Numbered from the stretch's first letter, positions 20,641 to 30,675 are shown. The stretch: 64,000 nucleotides of DNA from an uncultured Candidatus Saccharibacteria bacterium (GCA_964348785.1 CAYGDO010000001.1:21724-85723); one strand, 5' to 3'. The notes: a model not told the origin generated them from the letters alone. Translations and numbers: made by a program.

Positions 20641-20949
20641 TTATAAAACTGAAGTGTAAACCAACAAAAACAACATAAGAGCTACAAAACAAAAAAATGT
20701 AACTAAAGTTTTAACAAAAAAAGATAGGGCTTCTTGCCTTTTATTTTCTAACAGCAATCTAACCGGTTCAAAAAAGAAAAGTATAGCCATGACAGCCACA
20801 GAAAGGACAAGCAGGCTAAGCATTGTCATAGGAATAATTATAGTATCTTCTGTTCCCATAATGCCTTTAATTATTGTACTCATTACAAGAACCCCTCCGA
20901 CTATATAACCTCCAGCCATCAATGCATTTATAAATGGATTTTTTAACAT
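20641..20949 (-). CDS. small membrane protein
   Basis: 102 aa, three hydrophobic segments. Confidence 0.4.
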   Translation of the reverse strand: MLKNPFINALMAGGYIVGGVLVMSTIIKGIMGTEDTIIIPMTMLSLLVLSVAVMAILFFFEPVRLLLENKRQEALSFFVKTLVTFFCFVALMLFLLVYTSVL

Positions 20950-21027
20950 TTTATTTTTTTATTATATAACAGAAACTGCTAAATAAGATGAGTTGTTACT
21001 TTTCTACCTCACAAAAATAAAATGATA

Positions 21028-21055
21028 TTTTTACAAAGGTCGAACCTTTGTAAAA
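21028..21055. repeat. perfect palindromic repeat TTTTACAAAGG-TCGAA-CCTTTGTAAAA (copy 1)
   Basis: 11-bp inverted arms, 5-nt loop; further copies at 24421-24448, half copy 23164-23183, inverted variant 45971-45990. Confidence 0.8.
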
Positions 21056-21108
21056 CAGTTGTTCCTACTTTACTTGACTAAACCACTACACTTTGATAAA
21101 GTGACGGC

Positions 21109-21423
21109 ATGAATTGGGAAAACAAAGAAAAAATAAAACTAATAAACGCCATTCTGGCCATCGAAACCGTTGATGAAGCCAGACGTTTTTTGCGTGACTT
21201 AATGACTGAATCCGAGATACAAGAATTTTCTAAACGACTTCAAACGGCCGAGTTGTTATCCAATAACATTCCCTACTCAACAATTGAAGAAAAGACCGGC
21301 TTAAGTTCAACAACTATCGCCCGAGTATCAAAATGGCTAAACGGCCGACAGGGTGGTTATAAAAATATAATAAATAAATTACATCATCACAGCTCTGCTC
21401 AAACAAGGAGAGGGTTGTCTTGA
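21109..21423 (+). CDS. YerC/YecD-family TrpR-like DNA-binding protein
   Basis: 104 aa; ...ARRFLRDLMTESEIQEFSKRLQ...TIARVSKWLNG pattern typical of Trp-repressor-like YerC family. Confidence 0.6.
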   Translation: MNWENKEKIKLINAILAIETVDEARRFLRDLMTESEIQEFSKRLQTAELLSNNIPYSTIEEKTGLSSTTIARVSKWLNGRQGGYKNIINKLHHHSSAQTRRGLS

Positions 21424-21546
21424 TATATGTAAAACAAGATTAATGAAGCTAACCCCCTCCTTGTTTGGAGGGGGTTTCGTTTGAGTTGTTGCAGACAACT
21501 CTCAAAAGAACTCGCCTTGAGTAACTAGCAGTTCATTAAAATCCAA

Positions 21547-22245
21547 TTGACTACCTACATGAATCCGCTCACTAAGATAGAGAAACTCCGGTCAGTAAGA
21601 CGAGTTGTGCATCCGAAGGAAATCTTTGGGATTACAAAAATCGACTTCCTGTTTTTTGTCTGCCCCAAAATGAAGAGTCCCGGCATCGTGGTAGAGAACG
21701 GCAAGTTGACCGCTCGATATGTTAACGGGCTTTCCAGCTTCACAAATGCCAGAATCCAAAAGGTAAATGCTTTTTTGGATGAATTGCGAGCGATTGAAAT
21801 AGATGGGTACGCCTTTTCGATCAAAGCGATTTTTGCCTCCGCCGACTCCTTCATTCTCTTCGAAACGCCAGTCGAACCTCCGAGCATGACTCCGGCCATT
21901 CCAGGCATTGAAGTCGTCAGCAATCTAGAGATATACAAAAGAAACCGCCCCACTAATCTAGAAACTCTTCTTGAGGAACGTCCATGGGAAAAAATACCGT
22001 CCAGACACCTTGAAGAACAAAGGCTGAAGAAACTTCTACCTGCTGATGCGACACGAGAGATGAGGCAACGCTTTGTCGAGAGGACATTTGCGGGGTTTGC
22101 TCTAGACGGCGTAGTCATCCGACATGATGCCTTTTCTTCCACTGCTCGCAACCCAGTAATTCTTGGAGTGGAGTCACCGGGGGTTGCCGACCTCCAAAAT
22201 GCGCAACTTGGAGAACATCCAATCCCGGTAGTTCAGTTGGTGTAA
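21547..22245 (+). CDS. hypothetical protein (moderately GC-rich); track start is TTG, alternative ATG at 21559
   Basis: 232 aa ORF followed by terminator. Confidence 0.45.
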   Translation: MTTYMNPLTKIEKLRSVRRVVHPKEIFGITKIDFLFFVCPKMKSPGIVVENGKLTARYVNGLSSFTNARIQKVNAFLDELRAIEIDGYAFSIKAIFASADSFILFETPVEPPSMTPAIPGIEVVSNLEIYKRNRPTNLETLLEERPWEKIPSRHLEEQRLKKLLPADATREMRQRFVERTFAGFALDGVVIRHDAFSSTARNPVILGVESPGVADLQNAQLGEHPIPVVQLV

Positions 22246-22251
22246 GCAGGT

Positions 22252-22290
22252 GGCGGGGCAGAGTTTTCTCTCCCCCGCCCCTATTTTTTT
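22252..22290 (+). terminator. rho-independent terminator
   Basis: GGCGGGGcagagttttctctCCCCCGCC + ctattttttt. Confidence 0.65.
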
Positions 22291-22314
22291 ACTTTTTAAT
22301 TCATCATAAATATT

Positions 22315-23157
22315 ATGTCTAAAAAAACAGAAACGATTATCAACCAGATAGAAAAATTTTCTTCAATACCTATCGAAAACAGGCCCTTGTTTTCAAGTTA
22401 CATTGACCAATCGCTTGAAGAAAACACACCGGTAACTTTTTATAACTGGGAATGTCCACCGCGCCGTATAAGCTATACCAAAAAAGGTGCGCCATTCATT
22501 AATTACGATATAGATCTTAAGGAGATATTTTTGAATAAAAAAATGGACAGGTATACTGAAATACCTAGGGTTGTGGCACAACAAAATAAGGAAATATCAA
22601 TAATCTCTTTTTTGAAAAGTCTCAACTTCCCATTTCGTTTTATAAAAATCGTAGCTGACACTAACGCCTATTATTTAACACCGGAATCCCTTGCCATCAC
22701 AGGTGAAAAAAAGATTTCAAAAAAATTTTCCGAGTTTAAAGACCTAATCCTCTCGACCAGCATTAATTACCCGATCAAAACGGAGGTCTTGCTATTCACA
22801 AAAATACTCCAGCCCTTTTTGGATACATACAAAAAAACATACAGTATCTGTTACAAAATTCTAAAAGAAAATCCCGAGATACTTTTACCCTTAACCACCC
22901 TTAACGAACAATTGGTCCGTACTAAAAAACACGTTGGTATAACCGACAAAAATTGGACTCTGGATTTTAGCATGAAAACAATTGCCACATATGCCGCAGA
23001 GGGTATAGTTTTCGATCGTCTTAGTAAAACAAGTGCTTTTTCAAACTGCGTCTGGCTTAACAATCACGAGGTAGACCGAAGGACTATAAAGATTACTAAC
23101 TGTTACAGAAAGAAAAAGAGAATCGGTAATTTACCGATGGTATTTTTTGATGGTTAG
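22315..23157 (+). CDS. hypothetical protein
   Basis: 280 aa AT-rich ORF. Confidence 0.5.
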   Translation: MSKKTETIINQIEKFSSIPIENRPLFSSYIDQSLEENTPVTFYNWECPPRRISYTKKGAPFINYDIDLKEIFLNKKMDRYTEIPRVVAQQNKEISIISFLKSLNFPFRFIKIVADTNAYYLTPESLAITGEKKISKKFSEFKDLILSTSINYPIKTEVLLFTKILQPFLDTYKKTYSICYKILKENPEILLPLTTLNEQLVRTKKHVGITDKNWTLDFSMKTIATYAAEGIVFDRLSKTSAFSNCVWLNNHEVDRRTIKITNCYRKKKRIGNLPMVFFDG

Positions 23158-23163
23158 CAATAA

Positions 23164-23183
23164 TTTTACAAAGGTCGAACCTT
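23164..23183. repeat. half copy of the palindromic repeat
   Basis: ttttacaaaggtcgaacctt. Confidence 0.6.
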
Positions 23184-23210
23184 AAATCATAAATTAAGGC
23201 GCGGTTTTAC

Positions 23211-24338
23211 TTATTGATAATTCTCATGCCCAAAATCTTTTAAATCCTTTTTTGCTTTGTTTACAAATTTTCCAAAATTCTTACTTTTTTGTCTTTTCTG
23301 ACTAGCGCTCATATCATTATATTCTGCCTCTTTTTTTAAATTAACGTAATTTGTATATTTCTCTCCATCTATCTGTCCAGATTTAACTGCACTTATGACA
23401 ACGCAACCAGGTTCATGAGTATGAGTACAATCAATATATTTACACTTTTGCCCCAACGCAGTAATTTCTTCAAAAAAGATATCAACACCCTCTCCGGCAT
23501 CAACTATACCGACCTCGCGAATTCCAGGATTATCTATAACAATTCCACCATTATCTAAAAAATACATTTGTCTTCTAGTGGTGGTATGTTTCCCCCTATC
23601 TGAGTAAAAACCGACATCACTAGTTATTATCAATTCTTCACCAATTAGCTTATTAATAAGTGAGGACTTGCCAACACCCGACGAACCAAGAAAACAATAC
23701 GTTTTACCTTTCTCAACATAATTTTTTAATTTATTGAGTCCGTCACTACTAACTGTGCTCACCATAATAATATCAATATTAGGAAATCTATCTTTTAATT
23801 CACTCAGTTTGACCTCCCTCTCTTTATCAGACAAAAGATCTATTTTATTTAAAATAATGGTCCCTTTCACTTCACTGTCTTTCAAAATAGTAAGATATCT
23901 CTCAAAACGGTTCAGATTATAATCACGATCAACAGATTCAACAACAAAACCTACATCTATGTTTGAGGCGATAATTTGAACATCACCTTTTTCTCCATAT
24001 TTGTTTTTATCGCCAAATCTTCTTTTTATTATTGTTTGTCTAGGTAATATACTTTTAATAACTACCTGCTCATTATCCGTTTCAGAGATTAAAACCCAAT
24101 CTCCAACAGCTGGATAATCTTCCCTACTTGTAGCTTCAAACCTTCGTTTGCCTGTTATTTTAGCCAAAAATTCTCCATTTATATTTTTAACTTTATACGC
24201 TCCCTTGTGTTCAGCAATTACTCGGGCAGGAGAAAAATGACCAGAATCCGCTTCATTTACTTTTGATTCGAAAAATGGATTAAAGCCCAACTCATTCAAA
24301 TTGTTGATCTTTTTTGAAACCTCTCCCATGAATACCAT
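23211..24338 (-). CDS. rsgA: ribosome small-subunit-dependent GTPase A (circularly permuted GTPase)
   Basis: 375 aa; permuted order NKIDL (G4) before GSSGVGKSSLINKL (G1) and DNPG (G3); C-terminal CxHxxExGC zinc knuckle. Confidence 0.75.
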   Translation of the reverse strand: MVFMGEVSKKINNLNELGFNPFFESKVNEADSGHFSPARVIAEHKGAYKVKNINGEFLAKITGKRRFEATSREDYPAVGDWVLISETDNEQVVIKSILPRQTIIKRRFGDKNKYGEKGDVQIIASNIDVGFVVESVDRDYNLNRFERYLTILKDSEVKGTIILNKIDLLSDKEREVKLSELKDRFPNIDIIMVSTVSSDGLNKLKNYVEKGKTYCFLGSSGVGKSSLINKLIGEELIITSDVGFYSDRGKHTTTRRQMYFLDNGGIVIDNPGIREVGIVDAGEGVDIFFEEITALGQKCKYIDCTHTHEPGCVVISAVKSGQIDGEKYTNYVNLKKEAEYNDMSASQKRQKSKNFGKFVNKAKKDLKDFGHENYQ

Positions 24339-24420
24339 TGTAACCTGTCCCGGGCTCCAACCAAATGAGTGTCTTGAAATGTAGTTATTCTAAAATTAGT
24401 AAAAAATACAGCTAGAAGAA

Positions 24421-24448
24421 GTTTTACAAAGGTCGAACCTTTGTAAAA
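24421..24448. repeat. palindromic repeat copy 2 (overlaps last codons of 24424-24813 gene)
   Basis: gttttacaaaggtcgaacctttgtaaaaac. Confidence 0.8.
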
Positions 24449-24813
24449 ACTACTTTGAAAAAAAAATCTAACAGTTTTGAAATTAAATCTTTCTGATTAA
24501 AATAAATAATAAAATCAGAAGCTATATATTTTAATGAATTCGACACCTTGCCACCTTCTTCCTTTGAAATACAAAGTATGGGTATATTCATTGTGTTTGC
24601 CCAACCTAATTCAATCCCTTGCCCCGTTGAAGGAAAAGAGACTTCAGCAATAACTAAATCACAATCTTTTAAAATTTCTTTGGTATTCAAATCTTTTTGG
24701 CCTTCGTGTGGAAAAAAGAAAGTATGTGATTCATTCAAAACCGACTCTCTTAATGGTTTATAGAGTTCATTTTCAAAATCAAATTTTCCAGAATGCGAGA
24801 TATATACTTTCAT
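24424..24813 (-). CDS. nucleoside 2-deoxyribosyltransferase-like protein
   Basis: 129 aa; MKVYISHS..., GQGIELGWA motif of the NDT/Rcl-like fold. Confidence 0.45.
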   Translation of the reverse strand: MKVYISHSGKFDFENELYKPLRESVLNESHTFFFPHEGQKDLNTKEILKDCDLVIAEVSFPSTGQGIELGWANTMNIPILCISKEEGGKVSNSLKYIASDFIIYFNQKDLISKLLDFFFKVVFTKVRPL

Positions 24814-24865
24814 ATGTGTATTATTTAATACCTAATACAAAATCAAAAACATTTTCAGCCACACT

Positions 24866-26347
24866 CTAAGATAATTTCCGAACAATTCCCTTATCAGCAT
24901 CAACTTCTATTATATCGCCATCTTTCAAAACTTTAGTAGCAATTTTAGTGCCAATAATACAAGTTTTATTTAATTCTCGACTGACGATCGCTGCGTGGCA
25001 AGTAATACCACCTTCATCAGTCACAATTGCACCTGACCTTTTCATAAGCGGAACAAATTCTGGCCTTGTCATACCAGTAACCAATATATCACCGTCTTTA
25101 AAATGTCCACCGAGTTCTGCATCAAGAATAATTCGTGCGATACCACGCACCTTACCCTTACAAGCAATCTGTCCTTTTATGATGTTTTCAACAGCCGGCT
25201 GTTCCAATTTAATATGATGCTCATTAATTTCTTTTTTTATTTCAACAAAATTATCATAATTAATTTTTATATCACCGTTAAACAACATATATATTATGTA
25301 ACCATCCGCCCTTTTTTCAATTTCTTTTTTAATAGATTTTATAAACTCAACACCTTTTGTAAGTTCCACAGTTGGCAAGACAAATCCAATATATTTTGGA
25401 TCAATACTTGCCTCTTTAAATATCCTTTCGGCTATACGCCAATTTACAGTTAAAACTTTAGCGAAAAAGTTTTTACGACGATCACGCACACGCATTACAG
25501 TCTGACAATAATCAGCAATGACTTTTTCTTCATCTAATAATTCTTTATACCACTTATTATATTCTTCAAGATTTTTTTTCTCATTAAAAAGAATCTCTTG
25601 CCTTTTATTTTCTGCATCAACTGTGTTTATGTCTCCGTATTTACTCATTAAACGTTTCCGAACTTCTGGCAACAATTGCACATCCCTGTAAGTTGCATAA
25701 AAGAATTGGCAATCTTCAGCTATCTCGGAAATCGTTTTACCTTGCGCAAGTAATGACAACCCAAAATATTCTTGCTCTCCGTCAAAAGATCTAAATATAG
25801 GCACCGTGGCTTTTTCCCATAATTTATCTAAATTTTCTTTTGTGATTGGATACTTTTTAGAAGAAAGAACGTTTGCGCACAATTCTTTATCAAAATAAAG
25901 CGAAAAATATAAAGATGAGTTAGAAATGTGAATTAAGTCAAAAGCTTTTTGTATCAATGGGTAAAGCACCTCTATGTTTTCATTCTTTATACGTTCATAT
26001 GTATATTCTTTATATATTTCATCAACCTGTCTTTCATTTTTGAGAAAATTATCTTCAAGATTTTTTGTAAAAAAACGATCATCCAAATAACGATTAAAAC
26101 CCTCTATTGAGTCATTAACAATTGGGTTCGTAGGTAAATATACCGTCAAGCTTTCTCCGTCATTTATATTTAACGCGGAATAATTAAAATGTTTCGTATA
26201 CGGTGTAAGTTTAAAATATTTCTCAGTATTAAATCCTGAACTAAAATAAAAAAGCCCGCAATTATTCATGGGCCATATTTTACCGGTACCCACATCCCCT
26301 AAAAAACCTTCTAAAATCTGTTGTTCTGTATTTCTTGAAATCATCAA
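24866..26347 (-). CDS. PEP-utilising-enzyme mobile (phosphohistidine swivel) domain protein with novel N-terminal domain (paralogue G)
   Basis: 493 aa; C-terminus [46 protein letters not shown] matches PEP-utilizers mobile domain with catalytic His. Confidence 0.7.
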   Translation of the reverse strand: MMISRNTEQQILEGFLGDVGTGKIWPMNNCGLFYFSSGFNTEKYFKLTPYTKHFNYSALNINDGESLTVYLPTNPIVNDSIEGFNRYLDDRFFTKNLEDNFLKNERQVDEIYKEYTYERIKNENIEVLYPLIQKAFDLIHISNSSLYFSLYFDKELCANVLSSKKYPITKENLDKLWEKATVPIFRSFDGEQEYFGLSLLAQGKTISEIAEDCQFFYATYRDVQLLPEVRKRLMSKYGDINTVDAENKRQEILFNEKKNLEEYNKWYKELLDEEKVIADYCQTVMRVRDRRKNFFAKVLTVNWRIAERIFKEASIDPKYIGFVLPTVELTKGVEFIKSIKKEIEKRADGYIIYMLFNGDIKINYDNFVEIKKEINEHHIKLEQPAVENIIKGQIACKGKVRGIARIILDAELGGHFKDGDILVTGMTRPEFVPLMKRSGAIVTDEGGITCHAAIVSRELNKTCIIGTKIATKVLKDGDIIEVDADKGIVRKLS

Positions 26348-26402
26348 TAAATTATACCAATATTAAAAAAGCTTGGTATGAAGTTGAGACTTATTTCAAA
26401 GC

Positions 26403-26945
26403 CTAAAAGTTCATCTTATACCAGTCCAAACCATAAGTATCCTGAATAAGGATTCTCTCGCCTTTCGCCCAAGTAGGATTTTTCCCTAATCCCAATAAAT
26501 CTATTGCTTCTTTTATATGTTCCTCACTGATACCTTCAATTTCTAAATATGCAGGCATCTTTGGATATTGGTCTATATCAAACTGCCAATCTTTATAAGA
26601 AAAAGATGTCCTATCTTTTTCTTGATGCGCATATTTCTCAAGTCCCAACTCTTCAAACAAATCCCCCAATTTTTCAGGTTCTTGAATATTAAAATTAATC
26701 TCTTTGTGTTTACGAACCACGCCCAATATATCAGATTTTGCCTTCCACGTTACTTCATGTTTACCTTCTGAATTAGACCGAATTCTCAAAAACCAAGGGT
26801 CTTCTCCTTCTTTGACTCCTTTTATTCGAAACCAATCAACAACCAGTCTTGTTTCTTGGATTTTCTTTGCACCAAGGGAATTTAATGCATTCTTTATGTT
26901 ATTCGCATCAATATCTAAAACTTTTGTTTCTATCTCATGTGCCAT
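26403..26945 (-). CDS. CYTH-domain protein (CyaB/thiamine-triphosphatase-like)
   Basis: 180 aa; N-terminal EIETKVL (ExExK) signature. Confidence 0.55.
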   Translation of the reverse strand: MAHEIETKVLDIDANNIKNALNSLGAKKIQETRLVVDWFRIKGVKEGEDPWFLRIRSNSEGKHEVTWKAKSDILGVVRKHKEINFNIQEPEKLGDLFEELGLEKYAHQEKDRTSFSYKDWQFDIDQYPKMPAYLEIEGISEEHIKEAIDLLGLGKNPTWAKGERILIQDTYGLDWYKMNF

Positions 26946-26969
26946 GTGGAATATTGTACTACAATCTAA

Positions 26970-27527
26970 CTATAAATTACTTACTGTTTTTTGATACAAT
27001 TCATTCAAATCTTTATCCTCAAATTTAATTTGTTCGATAAATTTACGAGCGCCCTTAGACATTCGTCTATACATAAAGATTATTTTATCTCTAGTTTGTT
27101 CTTCGCTATGTGTCTTTCTATACCAAGGAACAGAACCTTCAAAATAAGAAAGGCTGTCAGAATCAGTAAGAATTTGTAAATCATTATCATTACCTCCGAC
27201 TTCGTGATTTTTAATCAAGTATTCTACCTTCTTAATATCATCAGAAGGAAAATTAAACTTTGACATCAAACTTGCTACCATACGAGCAGATTTTTCTGCA
27301 TGAACTTGTTTATATTTTTCATAACTTTCATAATTTTCGCGTCTTTCTCTATCCGGGAAACTTCGTTCATAATCGTGAGCAAGAATCGCTATTTGCAAAG
27401 GGATATCAGCATCTGGCTTTTGTTTTAAAACCCACTTCCATGCGAGTTGAGAATGTGCGTTCTCATCAAATTCAGATTTTTTTAACTGATTTTCTATTTC
27501 TTTTTTAATTAAAACAAAATTTTCCAT
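26970..27527 (-). CDS. HD-domain protein
   Basis: 185 aa; ILAHDYERSF motif. Confidence 0.45.
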   Translation of the reverse strand: MENFVLIKKEIENQLKKSEFDENAHSQLAWKWVLKQKPDADIPLQIAILAHDYERSFPDRERRENYESYEKYKQVHAEKSARMVASLMSKFNFPSDDIKKVEYLIKNHEVGGNDNDLQILTDSDSLSYFEGSVPWYRKTHSEEQTRDKIIFMYRRMSKGARKFIEQIKFEDKDLNELYQKTVSNL

Positions 27528-27702
27528 AAATTAATTAGCGAGATAAAGCCTAAAAACATGGCACATTCACTCTACACCACAAGAGTACTCCCAAATTTCT
27601 AACTCTTAAATCTCATAAGAAATTTTGGTCGCTGAGCTCAGTATTCCCTCACTCACGTTCGGTTGCTGAACGCTTGGTATGAAGTGGAAACCTATTTCGA
27701 TT

Positions 27703-28074
27703 CTAAATCGGAAACTTTTTAGCATCATAATACTCTCTAAGCGAGCTAAACTTTCCATTTCTGTAAGTAAAAATGCCAACTTCTTTCATCTTTATCCTTA
27801 TTTGTCTGACAACATCAGTAAACTCTGCCTGCCATTCTGCAATAACAGTTTCCTTATCAATCCAAATATTCTGTAAATTAAATTTTATATCCGATTGCCC
27901 CTTAACAACTTTTTCTTGCCAATATTTTTTTATAGCTTGTTTCCCAATATTAATCGGCTCATGCGGATCATCATAAGTGGCATCCTCAGTAAATATTGTG
28001 GTTATTAAATCTGAATCGCGGTCCACCCAAGCTTTACCATAAACATCTAAAAGTTTTTTTATCTGAATTTCCAT
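27703..28074 (-). CDS. SnoaL/NTF2-like fold protein
   Basis: 123 aa; LLDVYGKAWVDRDSDLITTIFTEDATYDDP pattern. Confidence 0.5.
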   Translation of the reverse strand: MEIQIKKLLDVYGKAWVDRDSDLITTIFTEDATYDDPHEPINIGKQAIKKYWQEKVVKGQSDIKFNLQNIWIDKETVIAEWQAEFTDVVRQIRIKMKEVGIFTYRNGKFSSLREYYDAKKFPI

Positions 28075-28088
28075 CCATTAATTATAGC

Positions 28089-28109
28089 TTACAAACTGGG
28101 GGACTTGGA
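28089..28109 (-). repeat. 21-nt direct copy of tRNA-Gln 3' end (TTACAAACTGGGGGACTTGGA), about 180 bp downstream of the tRNA
   Basis: identical to 28271-28291. Confidence 0.8.
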
Positions 28110-28277
28110 ACGTGATTACACTTCTCGACTTCGACTCAAAGTTCGCCGTCTCTCACTTTGGTCTAGTCACCAGCTCGTCCGTTTCTTTTACTAAAGAAAC
28201 ATGACTCCGCTGTTCGAGTCCAAGTCGTAAGCAAAGCAGTTTACTTACTTCCCCACAGTTTTTCACTGCGTTACAAA

Positions 28278-28348
28278 CTGGGGGACTTGGACTCGAACCA
28301 AGATACTAGGCTTCAAAGGCCCATGTCCTACCATTAGACGATCCCCCA
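28278..28348 (-). tRNA. tRNA-Gln (anticodon TTG)
   Basis: Reverse strand folds as cloverleaf: acceptor TGGGGGA/TCCCCCA, D arm GTCT..GGAC, anticodon stem TGGGC/GCCTA with loop CTTTGAA, T arm CTTGG-TTCGAGT-CCAAG, discriminator G; CCA not encoded. Confidence 0.8.
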
Positions 28349-28577
28349 ATATTTAAAACTCAATCCTATACATTCAATCTTCACATTCGCCCTTCTGGGC
28401 TCAGTACTCCTTCGTTCTCACTCGGTCGCTGGGCTCAGTGTTTCCTCACACCACAAGGGCACTTCCAATTTCATAGTCGCTTCACTCCTTGAAATTTAGG
28501 TCGCTCTCGCTCGGTCATAAAATACCTTTTTTTGGTTAAAATTTCAACCCGATTTCTTATATTTGATATTTAATTTT

Positions 28578-29618
28578 TTACTTTTGATTTTGTTCTAGCG
28601 TCTCCACCACAGCTATCTCAAGCGGAATAGCGGGCATATCAGAACGAGCAGATTCGCCTTGAGCGACAAGAAGTCGGGACAAAGTTTTAGAAGTTATTTT
28701 TTCGCCATTTTTACCAGCAAGATTTTGAATAAATTTAAAATCTTCTTCAGAAAATTCTTGCTTCTTTGTTTCAATCAACTCCGGAGCAAAACGTAAGAGC
28801 ATAATTTGTCTAACTTTTTCAATCACTAAATTCAAAAAAACTTTAAAATCAAAATTACCCACTTCAACATCATTGATTACAGAAAGCGCTTTTGAAACTT
28901 CCCCACCAGCCAAAGCCAAAATAAAATCCTGGACCAAAGATTTTTTTGGAGCACCAGAAATAGACACGACATCTTCTTCTGTAATTTTGCTTTTCTTTGA
29001 TAAAGAAATGGCTTTTTGCAAAACCCCATGCGTATCACGAAAAGAGCCATCTCCCAAAACCACAATCAAATCAACTGCTTCTTTTTCTATTTCAAAACCT
29101 TCTTTCTTTGCCACTTTTTCAACCATCTGTTTCAAGATGGCATGATTTGGTTTTTTAAACATAAAATGCTGACATCTGGAAAGAATAGTTTCTGGCAATC
29201 GATCAGGTTCGGTTGTAGCTAAAATAAAAATGACGTGCGAGGGTGGTTCCTCAAGAGTTTTTAAAAGCGCATTAAATGCTTCTTTAGTCATCATATGAGT
29301 CTCGTCAACAATATAAACTTTATATTTTGATTCAAAAGGTAAAGTTAAAACGGCCTCTTTTAAAGCCCTTACTTCATCAATGCCTCTATTTGAAGCAGCG
29401 TCCATTTCATAAAGGTCATTATTTGAAGTACCAATAGCTTTTGCAAAAATTCTAGCAACAGAAGTCTTGCCTGTGCCACGTCCGCCAGAAAATAAATAAG
29501 CGTGAGAAATTTTCTCCTCTTTTATAGCACTTTTAAGAGCTTTAACTATATGCTCTTGTCCCAAAACTTCATCAAATTCTTGAGGACGATATTTTCTATA
29601 AAGCGATAATTCCGACAT
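28578..29618 (-). CDS. dnaX: DNA polymerase III subunit gamma/tau (short form)
   Basis: 346 aa; YRPQEFDEVLGQEHIV, GGRGTGKTS Walker A, IVDETHMM Walker B, SRC sensor. Confidence 0.75.
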   Translation of the reverse strand: MSELSLYRKYRPQEFDEVLGQEHIVKALKSAIKEEKISHAYLFSGGRGTGKTSVARIFAKAIGTSNNDLYEMDAASNRGIDEVRALKEAVLTLPFESKYKVYIVDETHMMTKEAFNALLKTLEEPPSHVIFILATTEPDRLPETILSRCQHFMFKKPNHAILKQMVEKVAKKEGFEIEKEAVDLIVVLGDGSFRDTHGVLQKAISLSKKSKITEEDVVSISGAPKKSLVQDFILALAGGEVSKALSVINDVEVGNFDFKVFLNLVIEKVRQIMLLRFAPELIETKKQEFSEEDFKFIQNLAGKNGEKITSKTLSRLLVAQGESARSDMPAIPLEIAVVETLEQNQK

Positions 29619-29769
29619 AAAAAGATTATAACATAGGATAAATTATCAATTTCCCACTCTATTTTATTTGGCAAAATAGGAGCAATAACCAATTTTCTAA
29701 GACCTAGCAGACTAACATCAATAATTAAATTCTTCAATTTAAGAAATAAAAAAGGATTGAATAAACAAA

Positions 29770-29925
29770 CTTTCAATCCCTGCCTTTGTCCGCAGTAGGA
29801 CCACCGGGCAAATGATATGCCCAACCGGAAGTTATGGGGTTCCCCCAAGCGTCAGTAGGACGTCCATCGGTGGAGCTCTTACGACTGCCACCTTTGCGTC
29901 TCGGTTTCCGAGGGTGGTTTTTCAT
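29770..29925 (+). ncRNA. candidate structured small RNA (unclassified) with intrinsic terminator
   Basis: AT-rich promoter-like region 29650-29760 then GC-rich segment with nested stems (CCACCG...CGGTGG, GGGCA...TGCCC) ending CCACC-tttgcgt-CTCGG-tttc-CGAGG-GTGG-TTTTT. Confidence 0.3.
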
Positions 29926-30145
29926 TCCAAATAAATTTTATCAAATATTTAAAAATATGAAAATAGAAGGGGTCGACCAAAATTACAAACTGGTCGACCC
30001 AGACACATTGCCCCTGCCTGTTTTGGGCGAACGCGTCTTAAATGTGGGAGAGTGACTTTGCCCTTAGTCGTAGATGTGACTTTGCCTTTAGCCACTCTGA
30101 AGATGATTTCATCCCACACAACTCAACTAAACCTATAATACGTCT

Positions 30146-30195
30146 TTAAAATATAAAAAGAAAGTCCCGAGGCCTGCGCGCACCTCGGGACCAAT
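30146..30195 (-). terminator. rho-independent terminator on minus strand (GTCCCGAGG-N10-CCTCGGGAC + T-run)
   Basis: perfect 9-bp stem followed on minus strand by TTTCTTTTTATATTTT. Confidence 0.55.
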
Positions 30196-30399
30196 CAGGA
30201 TGGAACAAGTTCAGCGTCAATGCAAAGACGCCGGGATGAGTGAGCCTTGGATGCTCTAGAGGAGTCTCATCTCTCCTTTTCGGAGGAAGGGCAGATGCCC
30301 GACCAAACGTCGTCTTCGACAAACCTTCCTCCTAGAAACCAGCAACCTCAAAACAACCCATATAAATCATAAACCTAGTAAAATAAAAGTAAAGGGGCG

Positions 30400-30435
30400 G
30401 TCGCATTGCGAACGACCGCCCCCGAACTGCAGACC
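30400..30435 (-). terminator. rho-independent terminator on minus strand (GGGGCGGTCG-loop-CGACCGCCCC + TTTACTTTTATTTT)
   Basis: perfect 10-bp GC stem, T-rich tail on minus strand. Confidence 0.55.
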
Positions 30436-30639
30436 AACCGATCCCCACTTTTCAGCGTGCCAAGAAGTCACGACAAGGGATCGGCTCTGACAGTCATCCT
30501 CCAAGCTGTCCCGTTAAAGACGCCAAGAAGAAAAGACTCCAGAAAAGAGCTGGAAAGTTCGAGCGCAAATTACGGCGAAGAACCGGATAGCTCAAACTGC
30601 TCTCTAAATGAATATGATGAACCTGATTTTAAAAAAGTA

Positions 30640-30675
30640 AAGCACCGCCCCGATTTTATCGGGGCGGTGCTTACA
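30640..30675 (-). terminator. terminator of the 544-aa surface-protein gene
   Basis: GCACCGCCCCGAT-aaa-ATCGGGGCGGTGC followed on minus strand by TTTACTTTTTT. Confidence 0.65.

Noticed and set aside
28110-28270. Second, intron-containing or permuted tRNA-Gln on the minus strand between the direct-repeat copies
   Set aside because: The 5' part (TGGGGAA...) does not form an acceptor helix with the 3' copy, and no D or anticodon arms could be built. It was interpreted as fragments, not a functional tRNA.
29760-29930. SRP RNA (ffs) expected next to dnaX
   Set aside because: I could not find the helix-8 GNRA tetraloop/AGCAG consensus on either strand, and the orientation is divergent from dnaX. 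I kept it only as an unclassified candidate sRNA.
30155-30200. GAAAGTCCCGAGGC resembling the RNase P RNA P4 5' strand (GGAAAGUCCGGGC)
   Set aside because: It is preceded by AT-rich DNA rather than P1-P3 helices. It forms a perfect local hairpin with CCTCGGGAC followed by a T-run on the minus strand, i.e. a terminator. No ACAGAANNCGGCUUA 3' partner was found.
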